Origin: the human T2T-CHM13v2.0 reference genome, Homo sapiens
Assembly: GCF_009914755.1 (NCBI RefSeq)
Contig: NC_060940.1
Direction: 5' to 3' (one strand)
DNA length: 64,000 nt
The position numbers and the translations under genes were made by a program. Below are positions 13,021 to 28,770 of the stretch, piece by piece (within the stretch, counting starts at the first letter, position 1; every line of letters begins with the position of its first letter). The notes under the pieces are model-generated. The model worked only from the letters and a program-made list of their open reading frames with translations, was not told the origin of the DNA and did no database searches.

Positions 13021-14007
13021 AAGAGAAAAGCCTCCATTTTGCAAACAACCTGTGATCACTTTACCCCTGAGCTGATACAGGTCAGCTTAGATACCAACAT
13101 AGGTATTCTGTGTTGGACATAGGCAACCTAAATTGCTTGGAAAACATATTTGAGCCTTAGAAAAGATAAAACTGAAAATCATTGGATTCACAGTTATGTT
13201 TTGGTTGAGGTTTGGGGTCAGTATCCTCTTTGGAATGGGGTGGTGGGGTGTTGGAATTTCCTAAAAATATTAAATATGTGTTAACAGTAATGGTTTGACC
13301 ACAGAAGAAAATCAAATTTCCCTGTTGCTGTACACACTTGTCATTCATCGCCGGTACTGCAAAATCATGATCCTTATCCTCCCAGCTGTGTGTGTTTGTC
13401 AGGGACCGTAGGCTGCTAAAAGTTGTATACAGTACTATTATTTTTTTTATTCATCTGTGGGTCATTTCATCTTCCTGTGCAAGCCACATGAATAGCTGTG
13501 TATGAAAATTGTATTTTGTGCCGAATTTCCCACTGTGAAAGATGTTTACTATATATTTATGAAAACACTGCAGTAACAAAACCCTTTATATAGCCTTTCA
13601 ATTTGCTGTAAGGGCAGATAAAATATTTTTATCTCAAACTGAACTTCATACCTTGGGAGATTCAGCTGGCCTGACTCAGAATAATAAAACACTTCAGAGA
13701 AAGGCAGGTGCTGTTCAGATTGCTTCAGAAACCTGTGCACTTCACTCGGCAGATTTCACTTCCTTTAAACACGCCAACTGAATATACGAAAGCTAGAAAT
13801 AATCAGTATAAACTATGCAACGTTAAGTACAAGAAATCATCTTTTTTTATTAAATAGTTTCTTAATACATCTACAGTAGCATCAGCGTGATTTTTAATGA
13901 GTGATATTTTCCTGTATACCAGAAGATACAGAGAGAAGGTTGGCGATCATTCCAGTGTATTGAAAACTTTCATTCCTCATCTGCATTTAGGCTTTGGCAA
14001 TGTTCTT

Positions 14008-14648
14008 AATTGAAATTTTTACAGAGATAAATGTAGCATATGCAGTTGTAAGAAAATATAGATAGATCTCTTGTACACTATTCTCTAATGGTAATATTTT
14101 ACCAAACTGTAGTATCACATCGTATCGAGGATACTGGCATGGCTGCAATCCACTGACCTTATTTGAATTTCCCTAAGGTTACTTGCACGTATTTGTGTGT
14201 ATATATATTGTTCTGTACAACTTCATCGTGTGTAGGTTTCTGTATCCACCGCCACAGGTAAGGTACTGAGCAGTTCCATCCTGAGGTTCCATTTGTATAA
14301 CCACAGCTATCTCTCGCGACCACCTGCCCCTGTTCTTAACCCCTGTCGATCATGAATCTGCCTTCCATTTGTAAAACTTTGTTATTTCAAAAATGGTATA
14401 TAAGTGAGATCACAGAGTGCTTAGAGTTTTGGGATGGGCTTATTGACTCATCATTCCCTGGAGTTGTACCTACATTGTTACATCAGTAATTTTGCATGGT
14501 ATATATATGTACCACAGCTTAACCATTCACCTGTTGAAGGATATCTGGGTTGGCTTTGACCATCACACATAAAGCTGTCTTGAACATTTGTGGACAGGTT
14601 TTTGCGTGACCGTGAGTTTCACTTCTCTGGCATAAATGCCCAGGAATG
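14008..14648 (-). mobile_element. L1MC/MD-type 3' end
   Basis: gcagttgtaagaaaat...gtaccacagcttaaccattcacctgttgaaggatatctgggttg...taaatgcccagga. Confidence 0.8.
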
Positions 14649-14807
14649 GGCCTTGGAGATCTTTGATTTATGCATATTATGGAACACATCAATATGTTGC
14701 ACCCATTGGAAGTCAATGCCAGTTGCGTACAAACTGATACAAGGAAAAAAGAAAATTGTACCCACGTCTTAATGTTTATTTTTACATAAACACGGCACTA
14801 AATGCAG

Positions 14808-15037
14808 AGAATAGCCAGCATTTATGTAGCATCCACCATATGCCAGGCTGTATTCTAAGCCTGTTATGTATGCTAACTCATTTGTCCTCAGAGCAGCCTT
14901 ATGAAGTATGTACTACTGTTCTTACTTATGGAGGAAACACCAAGCACAAAATGGTTAAGTAACTTGCCCAAGATTATACAGTCATCACCACTTAGAGGTA
15001 GTCGGTCTGGCTGGAGAACCCCGCATTTTAACCACTA
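14808..15037 (-). mobile_element. MIR
   Basis: atatgccaggctgtattctaagc...ggttaagtaacttgcccaagatt. Confidence 0.8.
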
Positions 15038-15051
15038 ATCAATGTCCCCGC

Positions 15052-15377
15052 TTTCTTTTGTTTGTTTATTTATTTATTTATTTTGAGATGAACTTTCACT
15101 CTTTCACCCATGCGGGAGTGAAGTGGTGGAATCTCGGCTCATTGCAACTTCTGCCTCCCGGATTCAAGCGATTCTCTTGCCGCAGCCTCCTGAATTGCTG
15201 GGATTATAGGTGCCCGCCACCATGCCTGGCTAATTTTTGTATTCTTAGTAGAGATGGGGTTTCACCATGTTTTCCAGGCTGGTCTCGAACTCCTGACCTC
15301 AGGTGATCCACCGCCCCCCGCCCCCGCCTTGGCCTCCCTAAGTGCTAATATTACAGGCTTGAGCTTCCGCGCCTGGC
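15052..15377 (-). mobile_element. AluS
   Basis: Full antisense dimer with TSD-like atgtcccc(g/a)ctttc at 15042 and 15398. Confidence 0.95.
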
Positions 15378-16609
15378 AGACAGCCATCTATAAGATGATG
15401 TCCCCACTTTCGTAGATCGGTTGGTCATAACTTGTGGGTTGGCTGAGACAGTAATATTCATTTAGAGTAAACATCTATTGATATCACCCTGAAAAGAAAT
15501 AATAAATGAAACTGGGTATATAGAATAATCAGCTAGCTGACTTCATCAGCCCTTAGCTCACAGCTCTGCCTTAAAGCTTGCTTTATTTGGCCGTTTCAGA
15601 CAGATGGATGCCTCTTATGGCTTTTGGATCTCCAAGACGTAGATTTCACAACCCTCCCTTGGTTACACACTGTAATATTTAACAGCTCTCAATAGCAGTA
15701 TGTTCTGCTTTTTTGGTGTGGCCCAAATCTCTCCTATGGCAAACTCAACACCCCTCACTCCTTCTTCCCACCTATTGAAGACGTGGAATTGTTGGTTGTC
15801 CATTGTATTCACAACATAAAGGTATCTGTTTGTAACAGAATATTGTTTGGCTGCTTTACATTAATCCTTGAGCTTTTCGTTCCTCCAAAGGCATTTTATA
15901 TTTCCAACAGGCTTATAAAGTATTTAATATTTTTATATGCGTCAGTGTAAAGCCATCTGTTGCAGTGACAGGACAAAATGTGGAAGACAAGAACAAGCGT
16001 ATGTTTATGGAAAGATTCCATGAAATGTTAACAAGAAAGATATGTGCTACTCTGGGGTGTCTTGTAGAAAACGGTCAGGGGAATTTGGAAAGGCATGGCT
16101 TACAGCATTGGTATTTGTAAATTAGTGTTTATAAAAGGCATGTGCACTTTTTTTTTCTATTGTCCTGCAAATTTAGACTAGATTGTTGACATAAATGGTG
16201 ACAGTGACCACTCTGAAAGGAAATGGTGGTGTGACCTAATATTTGGAACTTCCTTCATTTGTTGTTCTTCATTCACAGGCTTCAACTTTTTCCTTTTCAT
16301 TTGAACAAGTGGATTGGGAACCTGCTTTGCGGCAGGCGTTTGTGTTGCTGGAATAGCTAGATTGTGTTTCTAAACAGCTAGAACTGTTTCTCAGTGCCTT
16401 ACTTTTAATAGCCGTGTTGTGGTCTTGCTCATACAGAAACAATCAGACGGGAATCAATTTTGCCTGCCCACTTGAACGTATCAGTTTAGGCACAGTTATC
16501 CAAAGCTGTTGCTGCATTACATTGCCCCTCGTCGAACTGGGCTCAGAAAATCAAAGCAAGTTGCCCCAAGCGAAGACACCAATGCTCTTGGGGAAACACA
16601 TCACAGCTA

Positions 16610-17162
<553 letters not shown>

Positions 17163-17420
17163 TTTTGTAACTGAGGCTGGAGAAAGAGGAGGAGCTTGTG
17201 AGGTGCCTTCCAGACCAGCTCTTCTCAGGTGGGCATTAGCTGGGATGTGTGGGTCAAAGATGCAGTATGTTGTTGAGATGTGACATTGACATGGAGCTTG
17301 ATGCCCTCCACAGACTTTCTCTAAAAGTTCTTCATTTCTCAGCTACTTTTCCCACTCTGTAGATAGTCACTTCTCAAGGCCCAGAGAGCACTTGGAGAAA
17401 GAAGTTGGTGTGAACTCTAG

Positions 17421-17803
<383 letters not shown>

Positions 17804-17897
17804 CTATTTTATATTCACAAGTGTGAGAAAGTGCCTAAAAGCATTCAGAGGTTTTCAATCATATTTATAAATAAATTAATCACTGTTACCCATGTCA

Positions 17898-18257
<360 letters not shown>

Positions 18258-18519
18258 TTACTGAGATAGTAGAATTTAGAGAGACTTATGAGCAGAAATA
18301 TATATTGACAGAAGAGCAAAATATCATTGTATTTCGTTAATAGAGGAACAATAATCAGGCTATCTGAAAGAGAAGACAGACCAGTTAGCTTCTAAATGCT
18401 GTTCATTTATTTCAGTCAGCCTTCTCAGAAGGATATTGGGGCTTGGTTCAGCAATCAGGCCCTTTTAGACCCATAGATTTTGCCTGCAGGTGTTCCTCTC
18501 CAACGATTAGATTGTGATG

Positions 18520-18630
18520 ATAGGCTATAAACTTCATGAAGACAGAGAACAGGTGAGCAATATACAATTAGTTCCTAGCACAATGTCTGCCCATATTAAG
18601 GACTTCGATAAGGGTTTCTAAAGAATGTGT
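18520..18630 (+). mobile_element. L2 3' end fragment
   Basis: taggctataaacttcatgaagacagaga...cctagcacaatgtctg. Confidence 0.55.
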
Positions 18631-21105
18631 GATCACATTGGATTGTCCCAGAGTATTTACAATGTATTAAGTCCTGGAAAATCTAAATAATAATTATATC
18701 TATAATAATTGGATAATGTTTCAGAGTCCTATTGAGGAAAGATAGTGTTATTCCCACCTGCTAGTTCTTCTCCTGAAGCCAAGATATGCATGGTAAAAGC
18801 CATGGCACAGTTAGTATCTGATCCCTCAACTAAAATACTGACACCACCTTCTATAGGCTTATACGGCAAGTAGCAGTATGCCTTGGAGCCTTCTCCTCCA
18901 ATACACCCCATTGGCAAAAAGCGACTTATGGTTAATGCAACAGTGAAAATAAATTATTACCATTCTATGATTGTGTGACAGGTTAGTAATTAACTTATGT
19001 CACCAGTTGGCTTCGCACAACTGTGTTTATTCAGCTCCGTGGAGCACTTTTCAGGGAAAAAGAAATTATCAGCCAGGCAGCCTTTGTTTACTGTGGAAGC
19101 TGGATGCTGGTGGACTGCATCTCCTCCTATTGACTAGGAAATAAGTTGGCTGTTAGGACATGATTTTCCATTCTTCAAAATGATATGGTGATGCAAGGAA
19201 TTTGAAAGCTACACTGGAATTAGAAAAGCATAAAGAAATTGCCTTTTATGCACTAATCGAGCCATTATGCCTGTTTCCTTTGGGGTATTTTTTTACTGTA
19301 TAGACACCACAAACAGCCATGTGTAAAAAAAAAAGGTATGAAAAATCTTAATTAAAATAAAAACTGTAGTATGTGTTTTTATCCCATTGTAGGTTAAGTG
19401 GGTATCACACAGCCTAGGGACAATGGTATTAGATTTGTAATAAGCACAAGTAAAGCTTTTCATTTTGATTGGATTGGGTGTATTTTTCATCAGCATCTCC
19501 CGTGTGAGCCATGATTCCAAGACAGAGTCTTGTAATCTTCTGCAGTGGGAATGATTCAGCTTAAAAATCAGTAGGGCATGAGGTATTTCAAGTTCTCATT
19601 ATTGTAATGTGTCAACATCACTTCAGTGACCCCAGAGTCCTATGTTGGCTGGTTTTCCCCCTGATTTATTGTGCAATCTCGTAGGGCAAACTATAATTTC
19701 ACTTGGAATCAGAAAGTCTCCATTTATGGTTTGTGTCCCAGTCTCCAGTCATTAGGGCATTCGCGGGTAATCGATACCTCCTCTTGTTGCTAATAGCTGA
19801 ATGAAGTTGTCACCTGCTTAGATTACAAAGGAGTCGGGTAAAAGGATGTGGTAAGGGTGAGTACATTGAACAAGTTCTGTTTTGAGAAGGGCTTTCTCTG
19901 ATGTTTACCTGCCGCCTCGTGAAGGGCTTTCAGCATTTTTTGGGACCTCCTTTCTAGAAACCCTTATCACTGAATTAGCACAATGTTTTATTTCTTCTTT
20001 TGTGAACCGGGTGTGAATGATGTCATTTCCTTTGGTTAAAAAACAAGTTGAAGGAGCCATTCTTGAAAGTCTGCATGCTGACACATTTTCTAGAAACCTT
20101 TGAGTCACGCCAACTCTTTTTAAATACCTGGTCATCATGCTACAATTAAAAGAATGGTATCTTCTATTTTTTCCTAATTGGCAAAATACCTAGGAGCTTA
20201 TTGAGGCCTTTAGCAAGAAGACCATCATCTGTGTTCAACACACCATGCTTCAAGGTATACACATTCTATTTTGCTGCACATGGACATGGATGCACGTGTG
20301 CACATACACACACACACACTCAGAGCTTCTCACTAGAGGATATTCACTGACCATTTATATGATATTGTTAAGTCACACAAAGCACAGTGACTCCAAATTG
20401 CAGCTCCAACACCTAGTACTTGGCCAAGGGTGAGAAGGTCTACACAGATCAACTTTTGCAGAAATATGATTAAGTCATCTCAGGAATGTTCCATAATATT
20501 CTGAACACAATAGAGTCCCTTCCCTCAAGAAAATTAATATCCAGCCATGGAAAAGAGCCAAGGTGAAGAGGCAATTGAAGTACATGGACTGTAACTACAG
20601 AGGCTTAAGAATGGCAAGAAGAGGCATTGAACTCAGGGTCTTAGAAAACTTGGACACTGACATCAACACTTGACAACATCTTGACTGCATGTCAAGATGT
20701 TGTTTTTCTCCTCACAAAGATTATAAACCAACTGTGATATGTGTGCAGGAGAAAAATCATCGTGTTTTAAAGTTGACCTTGTCCATTAAGATCATTGTCT
20801 TTTATCTCAGCCCCTGGGGAGTAGTTTTTTTTTTGTTTGTTTGTTTTTTTTTTGTTTGTTTGTTTGTTTGTTTTTAATGCTGAGACATCCTCTGTCCCTT
20901 GTTAAGTTTTGGGTTGGTGTTGCTGGACCAGCCATGTTCCTGTCTTTTCTTCCTATCCTTCCTGGCAGAGCCCCTTCCTCCCAGAGCTACTTCAGCAGGG
21001 TAGGATGGTCTCACTGCCCATGGGAGTCTGCCCCTGGACCCTATCCTGCTTGATGAGTTCACAGGTCTTTCTGCTGAGCCTCTTTGTCTTGCCAGTTAAA
21101 CATTC

Positions 21106-21622
21106 TTTTTTTTTTTTTTTTTTTTTTTTTTATTTCACTTGAAGTTTTAGGGTACATGTGCACAACGTGCAGGTTTGTTACATATGTATACATGTGCCAT
21201 GTTGGTGTGCTGCACCCATCAACTCTTCATTTAGCATTAGGTATATCTCCAAATGCTATCCCTCCCCCCTCCCCCCACCCCACAACAGTCCCCGGTGTGT
21301 GATGTTCCCCTTCCTGTGTCCATGTGTTCTCACTGTTCAATTCCCACCTATGAGTGAGAACATGCGGTGTTTGTTTTTTTGTCCTTGCGATAGTTTGCTA
21401 AGAATGATGGTTTCCAGCTTCGTCCATGTCCCTACAAAGGACATGAACTCACCATTTTTATGGCTGCATAGTACTCCATGGTGTATATGTGCCACATTTT
21501 CTTAATCCAGTCTATCATTGTTGGACATTTGGGTTGGTTCCAAGTCTTTGCTATTGTGAATAGTGCCACAATAAACATACGTGTGCATGCATGTGTCTTT
21601 ATAGCAGCATGATTTAGAATCC
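21106..21622 (-). mobile_element. Young 5'-truncated L1PA (L1PA3/4-like): ORF2 C-terminus and 3'UTR
   Basis: Near-consensus L1 3'UTR, ORF2 peptide RMFIVALFTIAKTWNQPKCPTMIDWIKKMWHIYTMEYYAAIK, poly(T), TSD aaacattctt at 21098 and 21623. Confidence 0.97.
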
Positions 21623-21679
21623 AAACATTCTTATAGACAAGGGCTCCTTCTCCTGACGTTTCTGATCTCATTCTAAAAC

Positions 21680-21972
21680 ATTCACCCAGTCCACTGACCT
21701 GTACCGGGCGCTGTGCTGGGTGCCAGGCACTGCTTTTCCATATTCTTTTCTAAACTGCTAAAATGGGTGATTATTCCTCCAGGCTCTTTGCTGACACTGG
21801 GGGGAAATTCTTCTTGGTTTTCACACCCCTCTTAGGACGTGTCTTCCACTCTGGCTTTACTTGTTCATAGATTCATGAAATCCTCAACAGAGATCCTTGC
21901 AAGTGCTGAGGAGATAGTGGTGAACAAAATAGATAAGATTTCTGCTTTTGTAAAGTTTACATTCTTCTAGGG
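21680..21972 (-). mobile_element. L2 fragments
   Basis: gggcgctgtgctgggtgcc and gagatagtggtgaacaaaatagataagatttctgc...gtttacattct. Confidence 0.55.
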
Positions 21973-22354
21973 ATCGTGTGTCCTTGATTTGGAATGCCTG
22001 CTTAGGGGGGTCATGAGGGTATAACCCTGGTTTCCTAGTTTCCAGGGAATGGGTTGGGTCATTCCTTGTGTAACAGAATATTACCCAACTGGAACCAAAA
22101 AATTCCTTCAGTGTCCCTTCAGGCATTGGCTTTAGCTAGTAGGAGGATGTAGAGAAATTTTGTGCTTCTGTTATATCTTTCTCATGGGGAGCTATGCAGA
22201 TCCATCTGTAGGGATCTAGATCGGCTACAATAGTAGTGGCCCCAGAGAAAGTTGACATCAGAACCCCTGATCTACCTGGCATGCCACCTTTAAGGGCTTT
22301 AACTTCAGCTCTGTGACGTTCCCTAGGAAAATCCCAAGAAGAGGTGTCCCAAAC

Positions 22355-22563
22355 CAGTGGTATAAGTAAGAGCTTAGGTCTTGAGTCCATCACTAAAGAC
22401 CTTGGGCAAGTTATTTAATCTCTTTAAGTCTCAGTTTGCTCATCTGTAAAATAGGATGGCAGTATAACCCATCTACTATTTGAAGGATTGTACGACATTC
22501 TGCACCTAACACCTTAGCATAGTACCTAACACATAGGAGATTTTAGTAATTATTAACTACTAT
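22355..22563 (+). mobile_element. MIR
   Basis: gaccttgggcaagttatttaatctctttaagtctcagtttgctcatctgtaaaatagg. Confidence 0.85.
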
Positions 22564-22884
22564 GAGAGAGGTCAAGGAGGGGAGGGAGAGGTGCCATCCA
22601 TGGTGGATAAGTTGTGCTAGCAAGTGTTTGTATGTGGAACTTTTCTATTGTTAACTCTTTTACCTCTGCTAATTTTTGCCATTACCACCGGACCCCTATG
22701 TAGGACTCATCTCCTCTAGGGTAAGGTGCCCCGATGGATCATGATTATCAGCATCCTTTTTAGACATGGATGTAAGACACTTCTTTCTTGGCATTCTATT
22801 CTATTCTCGCTGGTTCTGGATTGAATCCAAATACTAACTGGGGTTATGTCCGTTTTATAGCAATGCCATGTTACAACTTGTAAA

Positions 22885-23210
22885 CCGTCATATTATGTAG
22901 CCACTTAAAGGATGAAGTAGGCCTTAATCTGATATTATGGAAAGAAGATAATATCGACTCAGCTGAGATATTAATGTATAGATAGAAAAATGGGGAAAAG
23001 GATGGTAAAAAGTAGTATAATATGTATTTATAAAGATTTAGACATATGGATGCATGGATATATTCTCAACAGACCTAAGAAACTATGAAGAGTGATTATT
23101 CAAAGAAAGGATGCTGAGACTTCATGGTAGGAGCATACTACCAATTTATTATATGTGATTTTTTTATTATTTGTTTTCATAACATTTTTTTAATAAAAAT
23201 AACGTTAAAA
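22885..23210 (+). mobile_element. Old L1 (L1ME-like) 3' end
   Basis: tattatgtagccacttaaaggatgaagtag...atggaaagaagat, degenerate match. Confidence 0.45.
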
Positions 23211-23343
23211 TAAATCTTAAGCACAGCCCCCAAATATCTATACTTATCTATGGGCAGTCTTTGTTTATCTCTTTTCCACTTCTCCAGACGAGATGGGATA
23301 AAGGAGATTGTAGAAGCCTGGGGAGTCATAGCACTCTTGTTCT

Positions 23344-23841
23344 TGTAACAGTTAGCTTTTGCTGGTAACAAACAATTCCAATATTTCGTGGCTTAAAAAA
23401 ATCATATGTTTGTTCACATTTCCCTGGGTGGACCATGTGGGCTGTGCTCAGCAGGACATTTCTTCTGATGGTTTCATCTGGGTTTACTCACACCACTGAA
23501 ATTGAATTGCCTAGAATGTCTTGACACACATACTTGGTGATTTGCTGGGTTGCCTCAGTTTTCTTATTTGTGGCCTTTTCGGCAGGCTTGCTTAGGCTTG
23601 GTCAGCAAGCTAACTTGAGTCTCAGGGACCCCAGTGCAGCAGTGTAGCAATCTCTAACTGAGGAGCATCTTTCATCCCTTCCATATGTTGCATTTTCTGA
23701 TGTCTACTGGACCAAATCAAGACACACAGCCAATCCCAGAGTGAGTGATGTCTCGCGATGGAGGAAGCTTCACACTCACCTGGAAAAGGTATATGCAAAT
23801 GGGGATGGGATAAGTTTGTGGCCATTGTTTGCATCTACCCA
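23344..23841 (-). mobile_element. MLT1 (G/H-like) ERVL-MaLR solo LTR
   Basis: tgtaacagttagcttttgctggtaacaaac...gtggcttaaaa...gtggccattgtttgcatctacc. Confidence 0.75.
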
Positions 23842-24712
23842 GGCCTCTTTAAGGCAAGCCATGCACTGAAGGGAATAATGCTCTACGAGGAGGATGTTCC
23901 TTAAGCCGGACCTTCATCCCTAAATCATCTTTGGCCCTTGAATTCAAGATACATGTAGTCTCTCCCTTTTTAAGAGCAGCCTTCTATTTGCTTATACGTA
24001 TGCATCTTTCTTATCTTTTATTGTTTCAGCACCACTGATAATTTTGCTTTTTGGTTCTTTTTTGTTCCTTCAGTGAAATGGCAGCCCAGAGGTAAGGTAG
24101 TCAGTAGTCATATACCTCTAGTGACAAAGAACAACCCCTGGATAAAGCACCATGTATCTTCAGGGAGCTGTGCAAGCCTGCCTGATAGAGCTAGCACCAA
24201 CGGTGTTCTGACAAGTATGTCGATTCTGAGATTCTCCACAGTCCACCTGTTGGGAATCTATTTGCTTTGGATTAAAGGCACCAGTGCATCCAGCTTCAAC
24301 TTCACATTCCCCTGCCCTTCACCATCAGACAGTTTATTTCAGAGATCATTTGGGATCTAATGTGTTTGCTTTTCTGATTCTGCTGGCACTGGTGTATGCT
24401 TCACCATTGGTTTATGGATGCACAGAGTACCGGGGTAGTATAGAGTGAGAAAATTTGCATGAGACCTTTGTAATGTGAAACTTAATTAAAAGTGCAGAGG
24501 ACTCAAAGTAACAGGGAGCTAGAATGAGGGATGAGTTTGCCTATCTACATTCCAAACATACTGAGTCTTATTTGACACCTCATGTTGGTAGATAGATGGG
24601 CAAGTGTGAGGGGTAGTAGGTATGACCTGTCCCACTGCCATGTTTTCCAAAAGCTCCTTGTACATGCATTGAATTGCATACTTGCAAGCTTTATCTTACA
24701 AAAGCAGAATAA

Positions 24713-25089
<377 letters not shown>

Positions 25090-25539
25090 TCAAATTATTT
25101 TTTTTCCTTCACCAGACTTGGGGGTTTCTGCCCTAGTTATGCAGTTTCTTGCTCAGTGGTTGGATTTGAAGTATTCCTTAAAGCTCTTGATTGTCAGTCA
25201 CTTTTATGTAGTTGTCACTTTCAGTATGTCACAGTCAATAGCAGAAATGTGAAGCTTGTAGACATTCATTTTCACCCTGATATTCATCACTCAATTGAGC
25301 TTTGTTTATATAAGGAATCTAAAAATGCACACATTTATGATTAGTAAAAATGGCATTTGGGAAAAACTTTTCAACAGGAGAATATTTGGAAACAAAATGC
25401 TCCCATTACGTCCAGGAGGAATGTGAATTTTGGAAATCCCAAATAAAATCAGAATTGAAAAATATTAGGTATTCTCGAATGCAGTTTTTAGACACACGTT
25501 TACTCTGTGTATTCTCACCGTCTAGTACACCTAGACAGA

Positions 25540-26330
25540 GATTATGGGGTCCTGGCTTATGTTTGGGTATAGCAGAGATGAGGTGAAATAAATAAGGTAT
25601 TGATTCAATCCTCAAGAACTCTACTCATTTAAATGGACAGAGAAAACAGATGTACATGATACATTCAAAGGAAAAAGTGTAGTACTCTTTGGTACAGACT
25701 AAAAACTCAAGAGTCTAATGAAGGAGAAATCACATACGTAAGAGTGGTACATAAGAGAATTCCTTGGAGGCAGTGGTTCTGATAACACATTCATTCATTT
25801 CAAATGTATCCAGGTCCTACTCAGTGTTGGGGTAAGGAGCTGGTGCCACTGTTAAACAATGGGCGAAAGTGACAGAGAACCTGTTACCTAGGAGCATACA
25901 GTTGAGTGGGGTCAGGAGAGGAGGTTAGTGACATGGGTGGAAGAGGAAATCACATCATCACAATAGCAAACCTCTAATTACTATCTGAGCTAACTGGGAT
26001 AGGTGACCTAAAGGAAAGATTCCTGATTCTAGCAAAGCAGTTAGCAAAGGTGCACCCTTGCATATATCCAGACATGCCCTACTAAGAAAGTGGCACTGAG
26101 CTGAGAGTGGGAAAAATGAGAAACAGTTAATTTAGAAGCGAAGAGTCTTCTGGACAACAGGAGTGGGCAGGTCATGTAGATGCCCCAAGTGGGAGGCAGA
26201 AGTCAGTGCTTCTGGACTAAGGGAGGACCATGTGGGATGGGGGAGAGAATAGAGTGGGGAAATGTAGTGACAGCAGCCAGCAGGGAGTATGGGGAGCTGG
26301 AGGGAAGAGCCAGACACTCAGATCTATGGG
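25540..26330 (-). mobile_element. L2 fragments
   Basis: cattcattcatt L2 tail at ~25788, cctaggagcatacagttgagtgggg, followed by purine-rich L2 body. Confidence 0.6.
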
Positions 26331-26599
26331 GAAGGCATTGCAGTATTGAAAACAGCTTGGGTGAAGGCAGAACCAGGGTGGAAAAGGCTTAGTTGGAGAA
26401 ACAAAAGGAGAGGGTTTCGTGGTCAAAGGCAGTGAGAAAGAAGGCTGAGGGAATGAACCAAGACTCTATTAAAAAAGATGCGTCAGGGTTAAGTGGGGAC
26501 CATTTATAAACTTGGGACATCTATGGACCCACAGTGTAGTCTAGACTCACCTTTGATGTTGCATTTGTCAGTATAAACGGTAATAACAATCACAGTGGC

Positions 26600-26911
<312 letters not shown>

Positions 26912-27351
26912 TAGTAGTAGCTAATCTTTAGTGTGGGATTTCTTTATGTCAGGCAGTGAACTTATTGTGGTAGAGGGCTCATGACTGCTTCCTTTTCAAC
27001 CCTACGCTGTCCATCTGTGAACATTTCCTTCAAATCCTACCTCCAAGGTACATCCCAAGTCTCCGCTTCTGATGTTTTCACTGCCTCAGCCTTCTGAGCC
27101 AGCATCGTTCCTCACCTCCACTGCAGAGATGGCTTCCTAGCCAGACATCCCAAGACCTAGTTTTACCTTCCTCCAATCCATTATACACATGATAGACAAA
27201 ATTACTTAAAACATAAATCAACTATACACCCATTTTCATAGCAGCATGTTTACAATAAAAAAGAGGTGGAAGCAACTCAAATTAAATGGGTATACAGAAT
27301 GTGGTTTGTCTATACCATGGAATATTATTCAACCTTAAAAGGGAAAGAAAG

Positions 27352-27727
<376 letters not shown>

Positions 27728-27876
27728 CTAAAGTAGTCAAATTCATAAAGACAGAAAGTAGAGTGGTGGTTAGCCAGGGCTAGAAGGAGGGGGGAATGGG
27801 GAATGGGGGTTTTGTTTTAATGGGTAGAGATTTCAGATTTGCAAGATAAAGAGTTCTACAGATGTATTGTAGAAAA

Positions 27877-28343
27877 TACACTTACGTTCATTGCATCACT
27901 TTTCACAATAGCAAAGACATGGAATCAACCTAAATGCCCATCAATGATAGACTGGATAAAGAAAATGTGGTACATATACATGATGGAATACTATGCAGCC
28001 ATAAAAAAGAAAAAGATCATGTCCTTTGCAGGGACATGAATGGAGCTGGAGGTCATTATCCTTAGCAAACTAATGCAGGAGCAGAAAACCAAATACTGCA
28101 TGTTCTCACTTATAAGTGAGAGCTAAATGATGAGAACGCATGGACACATAGAGTGAAACAACACATCCTGGGGCCTTTTGGAGGGTGGAAGGTGGAAGGA
28201 GGGAGAGGATCAGGAAAAATAACTAATGGGTACTAGGCTTATTACCTGGGTGATGGAATAATCTGTACAACAAAACCCTATGACACAAGTTACCTATGTA
28301 ACAAACCTGCACTTGTCCCCGAACATAAAACTTAAAACAAAAA
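27877..28343 (+). mobile_element. L1PA (about L1PA11-13) 3' end
   Basis: ORF2 peptide LFTIAKTWNQPKCPSMIDWIKKMW; aggatcaggaaaaataactaatgggtactaggctta. Confidence 0.9.
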
Positions 28344-28770
28344 TATAATGTAAGTAGACTTAACACTCCTGAACTGTACACTTAAGAATTGTTAAGATTA
28401 TGTGGGTTTTTTAACCACAGTAAAAAAAAATTCAAAAAACCAAAAAGAAAACATAATTCAGCTAATCCCTTAAAACCTTCCAAAGGTGTCCTACTGTGCT
28501 TAGAAAGAGAGAAAAAATGACTGTAGTCTATAAGGTCCCGTAACATCTCGTCTCTGCTTCCCTCAAAGACGTTTCCTATTGCTGTTTCTTCTTTACTTTT
28601 CTCTTGAACTTCTCTCTCTCCTGCTTACCGTAAAACATGGCAAGGTCATTCCATCCTTTGCATCTGCAGTTACTTCATCCTAAAATTCTCTACGCCTAAA
28701 TTCACAGGATGAATTACTTGCCATATTTAAGGCTCTGTATTAAATTTAGAGAAGAAATTTGCCATTTATA

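Noticed and set aside
13915-13950. gatacagagagaag resembling U6 snRNA
   Set aside because: Match of only about 10 nt, with no flanking U6 sequence, tail or TSD
20673-20707. Rho-independent terminator (hairpin plus T-run)
   Set aside because: Primate nuclear DNA with no bacterial context; kept only as a hairpin finding
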